Assembly: GCA_031258695.1 (NCBI GenBank) | Contig: JAIRMM010000012.1 | Span: 1 to 59,871, forward strand | DNA length: 59,871 bases | Direction of reading: 5' to 3' | From: Puniceicoccales bacterium | GTDB taxonomy: Bacteria > Verrucomicrobiota > Verrucomicrobiia > Opitutales > JAIRKQ01 | Part shown: in pieces, positions 10,653 to 20,013 of the stretch | Position numbering within the stretch: position 1 is the stretch's first letter | Layout: each line of letters begins with the position of its first letter | Notes under the pieces: generated by a model | Seen by the model: only the letters and a program-made list of their open reading frames with translations | Database searches by the model: none | What the model was told of the DNA's origin: nothing | Program-made: the position numbers and the translations under genes

Positions 10653-11153
10653 ATGGAAGCAATTTTATCGCGGCATAGCGTAAGGGATTTTAAGCCCGGC
10701 GAAATTTCTATGGATACTCTACGAAAATTAGTCCATGCGGGAATGTCGGCACCGTCGGCCATGCATTCTGCCCCGGGACACTTTGTGGTTGTCACCGAAC
10801 GGGAAAAACTGGATGGCGTGGCAAAGATTCATCCCTATGCGAACATGTCACTGCAAGCATCCGCTGGAATTCTAGTCTGCGGTGAGCCCGGGAAAGAAAT
10901 TCTCAAGGAATTTTTTGATCAAAACTGTGCGGCCGTTGCTGAAAATATTTTAATTGCCGTCAGCGATCTCGGTCTCGGAGCCGTTTGGGTCGGCCTATAC
11001 CCAAACAAATCACACGTCGAAAATTTCAGAAACTATTTCCAATTACCGGCACATATTGTCCCGTTTACGTGGATTCCTGTAGGTCACCTGAAGAGCCCGG
11101 CAAAACCCGACAATCGCCTTGACTCGTCGAGAATCCACCATAACGTGTGGTAG
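10653..11153 (+). CDS. Nitroreductase-family flavoprotein
   Basis: ILSRHSVRDFKPGEIS...LVHAGMSAPSAMHSAP is typical of the nitroreductase (PF00881) N-terminus. Confidence 0.75.
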   Translation: MEAILSRHSVRDFKPGEISMDTLRKLVHAGMSAPSAMHSAPGHFVVVTEREKLDGVAKIHPYANMSLQASAGILVCGEPGKEILKEFFDQNCAAVAENILIAVSDLGLGAVWVGLYPNKSHVENFRNYFQLPAHIVPFTWIPVGHLKSPAKPDNRLDSSRIHHNVW

Positions 11154-11167
11154 CAGAAAAAGAACCT

Positions 11168-11662
11168 ATGAAAATATCAAAAGATCTCGAGAAACTGATA
11201 ATCGAACAGATTCGCAACGAGCTTGAATCCGCTTACATATACCTGGGAATGGCAGCTGCAATGGGAGCAATGTCCTTCGTTGGCATTGCCGGATGGATGC
11301 GTAGGCAAGCAAAGGAAGAAATCGAACATGGCATGAAATTCTATGACTATTTGGTTTCCCGCGGTGTAAAAATTGAATTGCTGCCCATTGCCCAAGCTTC
11401 AACGAACTATAAATCCCCCCTAAATGCCTTCGAAGTTGCCCTTAATCACGAAAAAAAGGTCACCGGGCTAATTCACAAAATGTACGATCTAGCCGTTTTA
11501 CTAAAAGATTACGAATCCCAAAACATGCTAAATTGGTTCGTAACGGAGCAGATCGAAGAAGAGAGTCAAACCCAACACTTTGTCGACCGTTTAAAATTCG
11601 CTGGAGACAATGCCTGCGCTGTCCTTCGCATCGATAGGGAAGCCGGAAAGGTGAAAAATTAA
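11168..11662 (+). CDS. Ferritin (non-haem, Ftn-like)
   Basis: IRNELESAYIYLGMAAAM...QAKEEIEHGMKFYDYLVSRG carries the ferroxidase-centre E...EExH pattern. The ATG at 11168 is preferred over the GTG at 11147, which overlaps the upstream stop. Confidence 0.85.
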   Translation: MKISKDLEKLIIEQIRNELESAYIYLGMAAAMGAMSFVGIAGWMRRQAKEEIEHGMKFYDYLVSRGVKIELLPIAQASTNYKSPLNAFEVALNHEKKVTGLIHKMYDLAVLLKDYESQNMLNWFVTEQIEEESQTQHFVDRLKFAGDNACAVLRIDREAGKVKN

Positions 11663-11763
11663 CGGCTGATTTTAAATAAAAACCCAAAGGCATGGGACAA
11701 AAAATTTAAGTATCCATTTCTCCGGCGTGTTTGGTGAAATGTTCCTTCCGAATGGTTCGATAT

Positions 11764-13138
11764 TTATCTGCCATAGTATTTGTCAATTTTTATTTCTCCT
11801 AGAAAAGCTTCATCGTGGGAAACAACTATCATGGCGCCCGGATATTCACGCAGTATTTGAATGACATGGTCACAGGTTTCCAAATCTAAATTATTGGTAA
11901 TCTCGTCCAAGATGAGAAGTTTGGGTGGACGAGCTGCAAATTTGAGCCAGAGAAAGGCGTGCCCTTTCCCCTCCCGATAAATTTTTAACGGCTTCCGATA
12001 TCTCCTCATTTTTTCGAAAGAGAAAGTCGCCTAGGTGACAGCGGATCTCAGCATGGCTCCATTGCGGTGCAACCTCGGATATTATTTCCAATGCCGATTT
12101 GTCGGGAGAAAGAGTTTCGTAGTGCTGATCCAATATGCCGATATCCTCCAGTGGTGGACTATTCCAGTTCCCTGTTTTTATAACCTTCGGATCGTTCAAT
12201 ATCCCTCTAATCAGCGTGGTTTTCCCACTACCATTTCGGCCAGTAAGTGCAACGCGTTCCGAGGAATGAACGGATAAATTAATATTATTCCAAATAAATG
12301 TGTCGCCATAGCCAACGGCTCCATCGCAAATTGACATGACCGTTCCTTTGGCAACTTTTTGAGCCGACAGATTGAACCTGGGAACGATTACCTTGGGCAG
12401 ATGGATTTGTTCCAATTGACCAATCAAATCTTGTTTTTTCTTAGCAATCGCTTTTAGCTTGCTTCCCTGGGAAACCTCAGCCTTCATGGCCTTCATGTCG
12501 CCGACCGATTTCATCCATCTCCGATTGGCGACTTTCTTTTGTCCAGCAGCTTTACTCTTGGCAGCCCTTTCCTGTTCCTTCATTAAACTTCTATGGGCAT
12601 CCTGTTCTTGGTATTTAAGAAGATCTACCTGATGCGTCAGAGACCGGTGTTTGGTTTGCAATTCCTTCATATAATCGTCGTATTTTCCACGAAAGATCGT
12701 AACCTTGCCATTATCTATGTGCCATAAAATATGTACACAATTTCTTAAAATTTCCCTATCGTGCGTCACTACTACCAACGTCCCGCCATAGGACATTAGT
12801 TTTCTCAGAAGCCCAGACCGATTATGCCTATCCAGGTGATTTGTTGGCTCATCGAGCAACATCAAATCTGGGCTACTGCCGAGGGCGATGGAGAGGGCCC
12901 TATTAAATTTTTCACCTCCGCTGTAGGTGTCAAAATCCGTAATTATTTGCGGAATATATGCAGTCGCAACGTTTGCATCCATTTGCGCAATTGCTTTTAT
13001 AAGCGAAGATTTTCCACAGCCGTTACGGCCGATAATGGCAATGCGATCACCCTGGGAAATAGATGCTGAAAAATTGTCAAAACAGACTTTATGAGGAAAA
13101 GATAGGCTGAAATTTCGAATGTGCAACAAATCTGCCAT
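11764..13138 (-). pseudogene. ABC-F family ATPase (two ABC domains) interrupted by a single-base frameshift
   Basis: ORF 11891..13138 has Walker A 1 (GRNGCGKSS), signature 1 (YSGGE), Walker A 2 (GRNGSGKTT) and signature 2 (LSGGERARLSLAQI), then goes out of frame. ORF 11764..12009 continues in another frame with AARPPKLLILDEITNNLD (Walker B) and VSHD. Deleting one T from the aaattt run (about 11938-11943) restores LAQIAARPPKLLILDE with normal family spacing. Confidence 0.8.
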
Positions 13139-13407
13139 TTTTCATTCTCTTATCCATTATTCTTTTTTTGAGACCCGGCAAGACAAATTTCAATGGAGCG
13201 TATGGGTGCACGTGAGATTAGAAAATTACCACCGAGCGTTGGGCGATGATTAACCTAAATTTTTCAACGTTTGAAGCTTGCAATGTTTTCATAGATCGTA
13301 TTAACAGTTGCCACATTTGAATAGGCGAAAATATTACATTTTTCCGGTGAAAAATAGTGTAAAGTTTTCGCATGCAATTTTTTGAGGAAGGTTTAAAAAA
13401 TTTTAGC

Positions 13408-14940
13408 ATGGACAGTATAACACAACCAATAAGTACCTTGGATGGGTCTGAGGGTATGGCATCGCTGGAACAAATAGTCAAAAATTTACAAGAGGCGGCC
13501 AAAAATACCCAAGAATCACAAACGGTGACCGTAGAGGTGAATGGAAGAACTTGTAGCATAACGGCTGTATCTAAAGAAGAGAAGAAATTTAAAATCATCG
13601 TTGAATACGCTTATACCCCCCTAGGATCACGTATATGTCAACGGGTAGCGAAATTCGTCTATGACAAAAGCAATGTCGGCAACAATCTTAAAACTATGGT
13701 TGATCGAATTGATGAAATTGATCTAGAAAATGTTCAAACTAAATCCGATAAAATTACTGCATTTACCATAGCTTTGGAGGAATATAGTAGCGGAGGAATA
13801 GACATAGCCGATTTACCAACCCTCACACCTGAAATCAACAAGACCTTGGATGACATGCAAATTTTCGTGTATCGAAATGATTTATCATCGGACGAAATGT
13901 CGACACTAAGAGTTGCGTTGGCTAACTTTAGTAGAAATGAGGACGTAATACGATGCCCCGGCCATTCTTCATCAATAAATGCAAGTGACCATGACCAATA
14001 TTGCTATAAGATTGCCCTCCAGGTTGAAGCCATTGAGATATTACTTGATGCCAAAGAAAATGGCCATGTGGGATTGGAAAGAAATGGCCCGTCTGAAATA
14101 TTGGGTAGGGGGCAATACAATATCATTCAGCTTGCATATACCGAAAAAAATAAGGAAGGACCGATAGCATTAAAACCATGTGACCTATCCAAATATGAGA
14201 AAAGTTTTGAGAAAACTAACAATGATTCACAATCGACGAAACGATTTATCGGATATAGATGCGGATCCCACAGGCGAAACAAAGCAACTTCAGGGGTCCA
14301 GGACATGTTTTACGCTCTCGGTCAAAAACTTGAAATAACCGTTCCACACGTGATAGTCACCGTTTCTGCAGCGGAAGTAAATGGGGTCCCTTGCACTGCC
14401 ATGGAAAAGCTGGAGGGTTGCACCGTTTGGCAAGCTGCAAGCGGAGGAAAAATTAAATACGATAACGACTTTATATGCCAAGAAACGTGGATGCAACTCC
14501 AAGATATACTAACGGGACAAGTTGACAGGCACGGCCACAACGCAATGTATATACAGAATGAACAAGTAGTTGCCTTCGACCACGAATTTTCGTACCCAAT
14601 ACTTTCTTCACGAACTTTTGCCAGCATGATTCCAACAGCTGTTTCCGCCATCGATGGCATGGAGTCGAAAAGCTATTGTATGCCACCTGTCATAGACGAA
14701 GATATGTTTAGGCTAGTAGAGTCCCTTGAGTTAGATAAATTGGAAAATATGTACCGGGAGTACGGCTTGACGAGCCTGGAAATTGATCCAGCTATGGCAA
14801 GAGCACGGGCTTTGAAAGAGAAAGTAGAAGAATTAAAACAGAACGGTCGCGTGATAAAACGCGATGAATGGATAAGTTCACCACTAGTAAAGGCCCATTG
14901 CAATTCGAAAAATTTTTATGCCCTATTTCACAGTGACTAG
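13408..14940 (+). CDS. Orphan protein with PI3/PI4-kinase-like catalytic motifs, paralog 1 (candidate secreted kinase)
   Basis: ILGRGQYN (Gly-rich), PIALKPCDLSK (Lys strand), ILTGQVDRHGHNAMY (GDRHxxN-like catalytic loop) and QVVAFDHEF (DFG-like). The ATG at 13408 aligns with the start of the paralog at 15860; the ORF opens at 13372. Confidence 0.7.
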   Translation: MDSITQPISTLDGSEGMASLEQIVKNLQEAAKNTQESQTVTVEVNGRTCSITAVSKEEKKFKIIVEYAYTPLGSRICQRVAKFVYDKSNVGNNLKTMVDRIDEIDLENVQTKSDKITAFTIALEEYSSGGIDIADLPTLTPEINKTLDDMQIFVYRNDLSSDEMSTLRVALANFSRNEDVIRCPGHSSSINASDHDQYCYKIALQVEAIEILLDAKENGHVGLERNGPSEILGRGQYNIIQLAYTEKNKEGPIALKPCDLSKYEKSFEKTNNDSQSTKRFIGYRCGSHRRNKATSGVQDMFYALGQKLEITVPHVIVTVSAAEVNGVPCTAMEKLEGCTVWQAASGGKIKYDNDFICQETWMQLQDILTGQVDRHGHNAMYIQNEQVVAFDHEFSYPILSSRTFASMIPTAVSAIDGMESKSYCMPPVIDEDMFRLVESLELDKLENMYREYGLTSLEIDPAMARARALKEKVEELKQNGRVIKRDEWISSPLVKAHCNSKNFYALFHSD

Positions 14941-14944
14941 TTGG

Positions 14945-15110
14945 TAGTATCTGTCAATTTTTATTTCTCCTAGAAAAGTTTCATCGGGAAAAACAACCAT
15001 GGTTATTGTATCTGACAAAGGCATATAAAAAGATAGCAGTCAAGGGGAAATATGCTACCTGCCAAATGCTATTTTCAAGTACAATAACCATACCGTGGCA
15101 CCCGGATATA
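14945..15110 (-). repeat. Displaced copy of the 3' end of the ABC-F gene (compare 11773-11845), split by an insertion of about 90 nt
   Basis: gtatctgtcaatttttatttctcctagaaaagtttcatcgggaaaaacaaccatgg closely matches gtatttgtcaatttttatttctcctagaaaagcttcatcgtgggaaacaactatcatgg at 11775. The match resumes with ggcacccggatata at about 15097. Confidence 0.7.
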
Positions 15111-15482
15111 AGTGCGAATCCCACAGGCGAAACAAAGCAACTTCAGGGCTTCGAGACATGCTTTACATGGAAAAGAAATCCCGTGTAATAATGATCTCGT
15201 ATGCCGGGAAACGTGGATGCAAATCCAAGACATACTAGCGGGATAAGTTGATAGATATGGCAACTGTAATAATAATGGCCCTTGACTTAGGTGAATTGGA
15301 AAATATATATGGAAAGAAACTGCAAATTGGTCTAGCAAAGGGAGGGGAAAGAGAGTTGCAGGCAACGGCTCGGCGGCTGATGGGATCAGGGTCAGGTGAT
15401 AGAACCGGACACAGGGCACATTCGCCACTAGCGCAGGAGTACTGCAACGAACAAAATTTCCATGCCCTAGGACATTTGGGGG
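15111..15482 (+). pseudogene. Decayed, internally deleted third copy of the kinase-like family
   Basis: gtgcgaatcccacaggcgaaacaaagcaacttcaggg matches the GSHRRNKATS-coding stretch of both intact paralogs. Further blocks match the ETWMQLQDILTG, ELENMY and SPLVK..HCN regions, but with stops, frame changes and large deletions. Confidence 0.75.
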
Positions 15483-15859
15483 AGAGATGAATAATGTGGA
15501 CCATTGGCGTAGCCCAATGGTTGGGAGGGTTAAGGAGAGCAATGGTAAAATTTAGCAATGTGATGCCAAAGGAAGAATGGTTTCTTTTCGTGCCAGTTCG
15601 ATGCGATCGAGATTTGGCAAATCGGGACGATGGGTGGAGTAACTGGTATCCGGCATATTAAAAAATTGTGCAAATGCTAGGCTCGGGACTCATAAATTTA
15701 TGTACAAGGGGGGAAGCAGGCGATGGGGGAAAGTGCGGGTACAGCCGCTCCATTTGAACAGGGGGAGACATTACATTTTCCCAATTGGGAAAATAATGTA
15801 AAGTTTTTGTATGCAATTCTCTTGGGAAAGTTATAAAAGAAAACACAGGAAATTTTAAC

Positions 15860-17515
15860 ATGGACGGCATAGCACAACAAACAAGTACGCCGAATGTCCC
15901 CAAGGGCATGGCGTTGCTAGAACAAATAGTCAAAAATTTACAAGGGGCGGCCGAAAAGGACAAAGCATCAAAAACGGTGACCATAGAGGTGAATGGAAGA
16001 ACTTGTAGCATAACGGCTGTACCTAAAGAAGAGAAGGAATTTAAAATCATCGCTGAATGTGTTTATACCGTCCTTGAATCGCGGGTATGCAATCGGGTAG
16101 CGAATTTCGACTATGACGAAAGCAATCTTAGTGACGATCTTAGAATGATGGCTTATCGAATTAATGACATCAATCCAACAAGTACTAATACTAAAGCCGA
16201 TAAAATTACTGAATTTACCACAACTTTGGATGAATATGTTGCCAAAGGAATAGACATAGCCGATTTACCAACCTTCACACCTGAAATCAACAAGACCTTG
16301 AACAACATGCTAGCTTTCGTGTATCGAAATGATTTATCACCGAATGAAATATCGACGCTAAAAACCGCATTGGCTAATTTTAGTAGAAATGAGAAACTAA
16401 TACGATTCCCAAAACAATCCTCATCAATAAATGAAAATGGTTGTGACGCCCACTGCCTGGGGATTGCTCTCCAGGTTGAAGCCTTTGAGATGTTACTTGA
16501 TGCCAAAGAAAATGGCTATGTAAGGCTGGAAAGAAATGGCCCGCCTGAAATATTGGGTAAGGGGCAATATAATACCGTTCAGGTTGCATATACCAAAAAA
16601 AATAAGGAAGGACCAATAGTATTAAAACCATGTGATCTATCCAAAGAAAACCGAGATTCGAAGGCATTTACACACGCTTCCCAATCCATACAAATATTCG
16701 TAGGACATGCGTGCGGATCCCACAGGCGAAACAAAGCAACTTCGAAGCTACAAGATATGCTTTGCGCCCTTGGTCAAGAGCATGGAATAACCGTTCCACA
16801 CGTGATAGCCTCTGTTTTTGCAGCGGAAGTAAAGGGGATTCCTTGCACTGCCATGGAATATCTGAAGGGTCTTTCCGTTTGGCAAACTTTATCTGAAAGA
16901 AAAATTCCGTATAATAATACCTTCATATGCCATGAAACGTGGATACAACTCCAAGATATACTGACGGGGCAAATAGACAGACATGCCAACAACGTAATGC
17001 TAATAGAGGACGGACAAGTAGTTGCCTTCGACCATGACCTATCGTTCGTAACATATCCTCCACGAACTTTTGCCAGTATAATTCCAAAAATTATTGCAAT
17101 TCCAAAAATTATTGCAACACCAACGGATATAATCAAGGATGGTCATCCCGTAGAAGCCGCCTTTGACGGTCTAAGGACGAGCAACTATTGTATGCCGCCC
17201 GTCATAGATGAGGAAATGTATACCGTAATAACAAATCTTAATTTAAATGAATTAGAAAATATGTATAGGAAATGTGGGTTAGTGAAACTGCAAATTGAAG
17301 CGGCTATGGAAAGGGCACGGGGGTTGCAGACAATGGTTCAGCGGCTGAAGGATGGGGGGCTGGTGATAGAACCGAACGAATGGGCAACTTCACCACTAGT
17401 GAAGCAGCATTGTAACAAATATAATTTCTACGCTAAACGGCATCTTAGTACTCGCATAGAAAAACAGAAACCGGAAGATGCACATAACACGAAGCGGGAC
17501 TTGGAGAAGGCATGA
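15860..17515 (+). CDS. Orphan protein with PI3/PI4-kinase-like catalytic motifs, paralog 2
   Basis: ILGKGQYN, PIVLKPCDLSK, ILTGQIDRHANNVM and QVVAFDHDL. Collinear with 13408..14940 along its whole length. aggaa lies 9 nt upstream of the ATG. Contains an 18-bp perfect tandem duplication (IPKIIAIPKIIA). Confidence 0.7.
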   Translation: MDGIAQQTSTPNVPKGMALLEQIVKNLQGAAEKDKASKTVTIEVNGRTCSITAVPKEEKEFKIIAECVYTVLESRVCNRVANFDYDESNLSDDLRMMAYRINDINPTSTNTKADKITEFTTTLDEYVAKGIDIADLPTFTPEINKTLNNMLAFVYRNDLSPNEISTLKTALANFSRNEKLIRFPKQSSSINENGCDAHCLGIALQVEAFEMLLDAKENGYVRLERNGPPEILGKGQYNTVQVAYTKKNKEGPIVLKPCDLSKENRDSKAFTHASQSIQIFVGHACGSHRRNKATSKLQDMLCALGQEHGITVPHVIASVFAAEVKGIPCTAMEYLKGLSVWQTLSERKIPYNNTFICHETWIQLQDILTGQIDRHANNVMLIEDGQVVAFDHDLSFVTYPPRTFASIIPKIIAIPKIIATPTDIIKDGHPVEAAFDGLRTSNYCMPPVIDEEMYTVITNLNLNELENMYRKCGLVKLQIEAAMERARGLQTMVQRLKDGGLVIEPNEWATSPLVKQHCNKYNFYAKRHLSTRIEKQKPEDAHNTKRDLEKA

Positions 17516-17635
17516 AGTCTTCCAAAGAACACTGCCTTCTCCCCCCTTTTCTAGGTGGGAAGACCACGATAGATGGATCCGGCCATCCAGCATGGTCAAA
17601 GAAGACTGCACAAACGGCCTGGAGATTAGACTACT

Positions 17636-19876
17636 TTAAAAGGAATATTCAGCCCCAACGGAAAGGTTGTGCGTGGAAAAATCCTTGTTAAATCTCGCGA
17701 TGTAAGAACCAACGACGCTCCAGTGAATGTTCAATTTCCGAAGAGCTCCAAGAGACATAATGGCTGCGTTCCGTGAAGGTTGTCTAAATGTTGGAGCGAA
17801 TTTGGCAATACCCAAGTTATTATCAAAGGAGATGGTAGCATCGGAATATTTCCGCATCACCTGACATTCCAAGCCTGTTTTCAATGAAAGTGTGAGCTTT
17901 TTGTCGATCAACTCCTGGTCGAGAATTTCTTTTTCAGCGTTGAAACCGAGGACGATGGCGAAGAAATCATGATTGACGAAAGAAACATGTTGTGCTCCCA
18001 CCGCTGCTGTCGTTGTTTCGTCGTACCCCTTTTGAGCAATATGGCTATAATTTGCACGAAGCCATAGACCAAACTGATAATCTTTGTAGGCATACAAGTT
18101 TTTGACGAGTTCTACACCCATGAAAAGATTATTAGACCTAACTTTAGCATCAAAAACATTGGAGGCTAAATCGGTCCTGTGCAACCTGTCATCGTTACGG
18201 CTATACCCAACGGTAGCCCCGATGTTTGCTTTCAAATACCTATCATTGAAAAATTCATAGGCACCAAACAGTTCAACCGTATAAATATTATGTTTAGCAG
18301 ATTTCTCACGGCTAACGACGGGACCACTAAATTTCGTCTTCCCGTGGGCATATCCAAAGGCGACACCCATTCTAAGATACCTTTCGTTAGGAAATGTCCA
18401 AACATCATCGAGCCCCATGATGAAACCACCCATGCGGCTATCATACCCCAGTCCGGAAACCTTATTCTGATGGGCGTGGCCATGGATGATATGAATGAAC
18501 GGATCGGCAAGGCAACCCTTAACGCTTGTCAGGCGATCGGTAATGGCATTGACAAACAATGCATTAGCCGTCTCTGTCAAGAATGCTAGTTCAGCATTAA
18601 CGTGGGAACTGGCACTTTCACCGTCAGGCAAGCCGCCTCCGGGCGCACCTCCACCCCCGGGCGCACCTGACAACGAAGCTGGCTGTGAACCACCTCCGGC
18701 TCCTATTCTTCTAAATGGACTACCACCACTATTGGGCATACTAAATAGTGACGACTGTGCAACTGGTGCTGACCATGTAAATGGCACTGGCCGTGAATCA
18801 CCTACGGACGCACCAAATCCGGGCGTGCCAAATGGTGCTGGCCGTGAAACATCGGATCTCTTTTCAGACAAATCACCGGGTGCACTAGGTGCTGTCTGTA
18901 AACCACCTCCGGACGCGCCACCTCCGGACGTGCTAAATGGTGCTGGCCGTGAAACATCGGACCTCATTTCAGACAAATCACCTTCAGTCGTGTCCTGCTC
19001 CGACGGCAAAGGTTGTTCTGGGGGCCAATCGTCTTGGGACCAACGCATCCTTGCGGAACCCAAAAAAGACTGGTTGTTTGCTAAGTCAGAATCATTTAGG
19101 TTATGCATAAAATTCCCCATTTCTCCTCTTCTTTGAAAATCAATATCTTCCTGAGCATTCAGCATGCTGTTACCTGAAATTAAACCAACGGCTTCTGCAG
19201 AAGTCGTGGAAAGAACACCTCGAAAAGCACTTTCAGAAGGCTGCGGGACAAAATCTTCATTCCCTCCTGACAGCACCGACGGCGAAGCTGGCTGCGGGAC
19301 AAAATCTTCATTCCCTCCTGACGGCACCGGCGGCGAAGCTGGCTGCGGGACAAAATCTTCATTCCCTCCTGACGGCACCGACGACGAAGCTGGTTGCGGG
19401 ACAAAATCTTCATTCCCTCCTGACGAACCGCCTCCTTGTTGTGGAGCTAAGTGTAAAACATCGAAACTTATTGGAATATCGACATTTCTAAACCCCTCAT
19501 CCTCAATCGTGCCCTGCTCCGGCGGCAAAGGTCGTTCTCTGCTTCCATTCCCGCGTCTCCTTGCGGCAGAAAGAGCATCATTATCCGGGTGAAGATCCCC
19601 ACTTTCCTGTCTCCTGTCGGTCCTCCGAGGACTACGTCTAGGCTCCTGGGAAGCACCTTCATCTCTGTTTCTTCCGTGATCTCTGTTTCTTCCGCGATCT
19701 CCGTTTCCTTCGGGAGGAACAGGTGTGGATCCCTCCACGGGAGGCTTACCTCGGAGAGGTATAGAAAGTAAATGTCCAGAAAATAAATTTCCAGAAAATA
19801 ATACCTTGTCTATGATGACTACAATTATCAAAAAAACCTGAAACTTTCTCAAATTTAAACTAAACCTCTTAATCAT
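17636..19876 (-). CDS. Autotransporter (type Va) outer-membrane protein with a proline/glycine-rich repetitive passenger
   Basis: Hydrophobic N-terminus (FQVFLIIVVIIDKVLF). Repeat-rich passenger: four copies of GGNEDFVPQPAS and two copies of GDLSE(M/K)RSDVSRPAPF. The C-terminal ~300 aa have alternating beta-strand character typical of the autotransporter barrel and end in the aromatic terminus SVGAEYSF. Confidence 0.75.
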   Translation of the reverse strand: MIKRFSLNLRKFQVFLIIVVIIDKVLFSGNLFSGHLLSIPLRGKPPVEGSTPVPPEGNGDRGRNRDHGRNRDEGASQEPRRSPRRTDRRQESGDLHPDNDALSAARRRGNGSRERPLPPEQGTIEDEGFRNVDIPISFDVLHLAPQQGGGSSGGNEDFVPQPASSSVPSGGNEDFVPQPASPPVPSGGNEDFVPQPASPSVLSGGNEDFVPQPSESAFRGVLSTTSAEAVGLISGNSMLNAQEDIDFQRRGEMGNFMHNLNDSDLANNQSFLGSARMRWSQDDWPPEQPLPSEQDTTEGDLSEMRSDVSRPAPFSTSGGGASGGGLQTAPSAPGDLSEKRSDVSRPAPFGTPGFGASVGDSRPVPFTWSAPVAQSSLFSMPNSGGSPFRRIGAGGGSQPASLSGAPGGGGAPGGGLPDGESASSHVNAELAFLTETANALFVNAITDRLTSVKGCLADPFIHIIHGHAHQNKVSGLGYDSRMGGFIMGLDDVWTFPNERYLRMGVAFGYAHGKTKFSGPVVSREKSAKHNIYTVELFGAYEFFNDRYLKANIGATVGYSRNDDRLHRTDLASNVFDAKVRSNNLFMGVELVKNLYAYKDYQFGLWLRANYSHIAQKGYDETTTAAVGAQHVSFVNHDFFAIVLGFNAEKEILDQELIDKKLTLSLKTGLECQVMRKYSDATISFDNNLGIAKFAPTFRQPSRNAAIMSLGALRKLNIHWSVVGSYIARFNKDFSTHNLSVGAEYSF
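19239..19442 (-). repeat. 51-bp in-frame tandem repeat (about 3.6 copies) inside the autotransporter passenger
   Basis: Units begin at 19239, 19290, 19341 and 19392: ggctgcgggacaaaatcttcattccctcctgac(a/g)gcaccg(a/g)cg(g/a)cgaagct. They encode the 17-aa GGNEDFVPQPASxxVxS repeat. Confidence 0.9.
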
Positions 19877-20013
19877 TTTTATACCCTTTTTTCAAAAACT
19901 ATCCATTCAAACCCATCCGTTGCCCTACTAAAATTCCATCGGCAAACTTGTTCAATGATGGTAACCAGGACCCTAACTTTTCCTCCTAGCGGTAGACCTA
20001 AGACCCAGACACA

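Noticed and set aside
11764-12009. 81-aa ORF as an independent small ATPase gene
   Set aside because: It is the out-of-frame continuation (Walker B, D-loop, H-loop) of the second ABC domain of the upstream ORF, so I annotated one frameshifted ABC-F gene.
13218-13598. 126-aa minus ORF, and its twin at 15658..16050 (MILN.FSSL.TAVMLQVLPFTS...)
   Set aside because: Their similarity only reflects the duplicated 5' ends and upstream regions of the kinase-like paralogs on the plus strand. They span the promoter region and run antisense into those genes.
19239-19442. Possible CRISPR-like array because of the regular 51-bp periodicity
   Set aside because: The units are contiguous with no unique spacers, are in frame within a coding sequence, and no cas genes are present.
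18495-19592. Long plus-strand ORFs (213 aa and 142 aa) opposite the autotransporter gene
   Set aside because: They are antisense shadows of the G/P-rich repeat region. Their sequence is low-complexity PPP/GAG, they lack RBS context, and the minus-strand frame has the coherent signal/passenger/barrel architecture.
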